Shown here in pieces: positions 63,839 to 64,000 of a stretch of DNA of 64,000 nt. Within the stretch, counting starts at the first letter, position 1, and each line of letters begins with the position of its first letter. This DNA comes from Candidatus Fermentibacterota bacterium. Lineage in GTDB: Bacteria; Fermentibacterota; Fermentibacteria; Fermentibacterales; JCC-6. The position numbers were made by a program, and so were the translations under genes. The DNA lies in NCBI GenBank assembly GCA_963845085.1, contig CAWJQI010000001.1:393845-457844 (forward strand). Direction: 5' to 3'. Under the pieces are notes generated by a model. That model was not told where the DNA came from, ran no database searches, and saw only the letters and a list, made by a program, of their open reading frames with translations.

Positions 63839-64000
63839 TCCGGAAAGCCTCTTAGGCAACCCTGATATGATTGACATAGCGGCGCTGTTGCGGGCGAGAA
63901 AAAACTTTTCTCGCCCGCGTTCAACTCATTTATAGCGTACGGCAGGAGGGATGCCGGAAACCCTTTCCTGCATCCAAGGCTAAAGCGCCCGCAAGAATGT

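Overview
The window has three parts. (1) Bases 1 to ~28,000 are GC-rich chromosomal backbone with intact ORFs, mostly on the minus strand. They hold a long housekeeping run (ileS-lspA-arcC, tRNA-Val, thrS-infC-rpmI-rplT-zapB-zapA-rny-ispA-dxs-nadK-recN-pgsA-smc-ftsY-ABC). At the far left is a translationally coupled trio: a Zn-ribbon membrane protein, a membrane protein ending in CACACACAGCACACAGGGR, and a PqqD/RRE-fused radical SAM enzyme that the ORF track missed. (2) Bases ~28,000-54,400 are an accessory/defence region rich in single-base frameshifts, probably largely assembly indels. It contains a DUF6161-like gene, McrBC with a three-module McrB N-terminus, and a type I RM system with a silent half-hsdS cassette and an embedded Mrr-like nuclease. 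It also holds a hydrolase-XRE/ImmA-PIN operon, a reversed split HipA pair, and a tandem array of [CxxG-repeat peptide + beta-propeller lipoprotein] units behind a 5'-truncated ScmF-like radical SAM/SPASM gene. (3) Bases ~54,400-64,000 may be a different contig or genome. They carry a CPXCG protein, a lipoprotein, exosortase K with its MSEP-CTERM target, a PNPOx-like gene, an RluA-family gene flanked by decamer repeats, an Sm-like protein and a DsrE-family protein. Gene content of parts 1-2 suggests an FCB-group anaerobe, which is inference only. The two best candidates for undescribed systems are both radical-SAM/Cys-rich-substrate loci, at 1-2238 and 50170-54405. All family calls come from reading motifs by eye; no searches were run.
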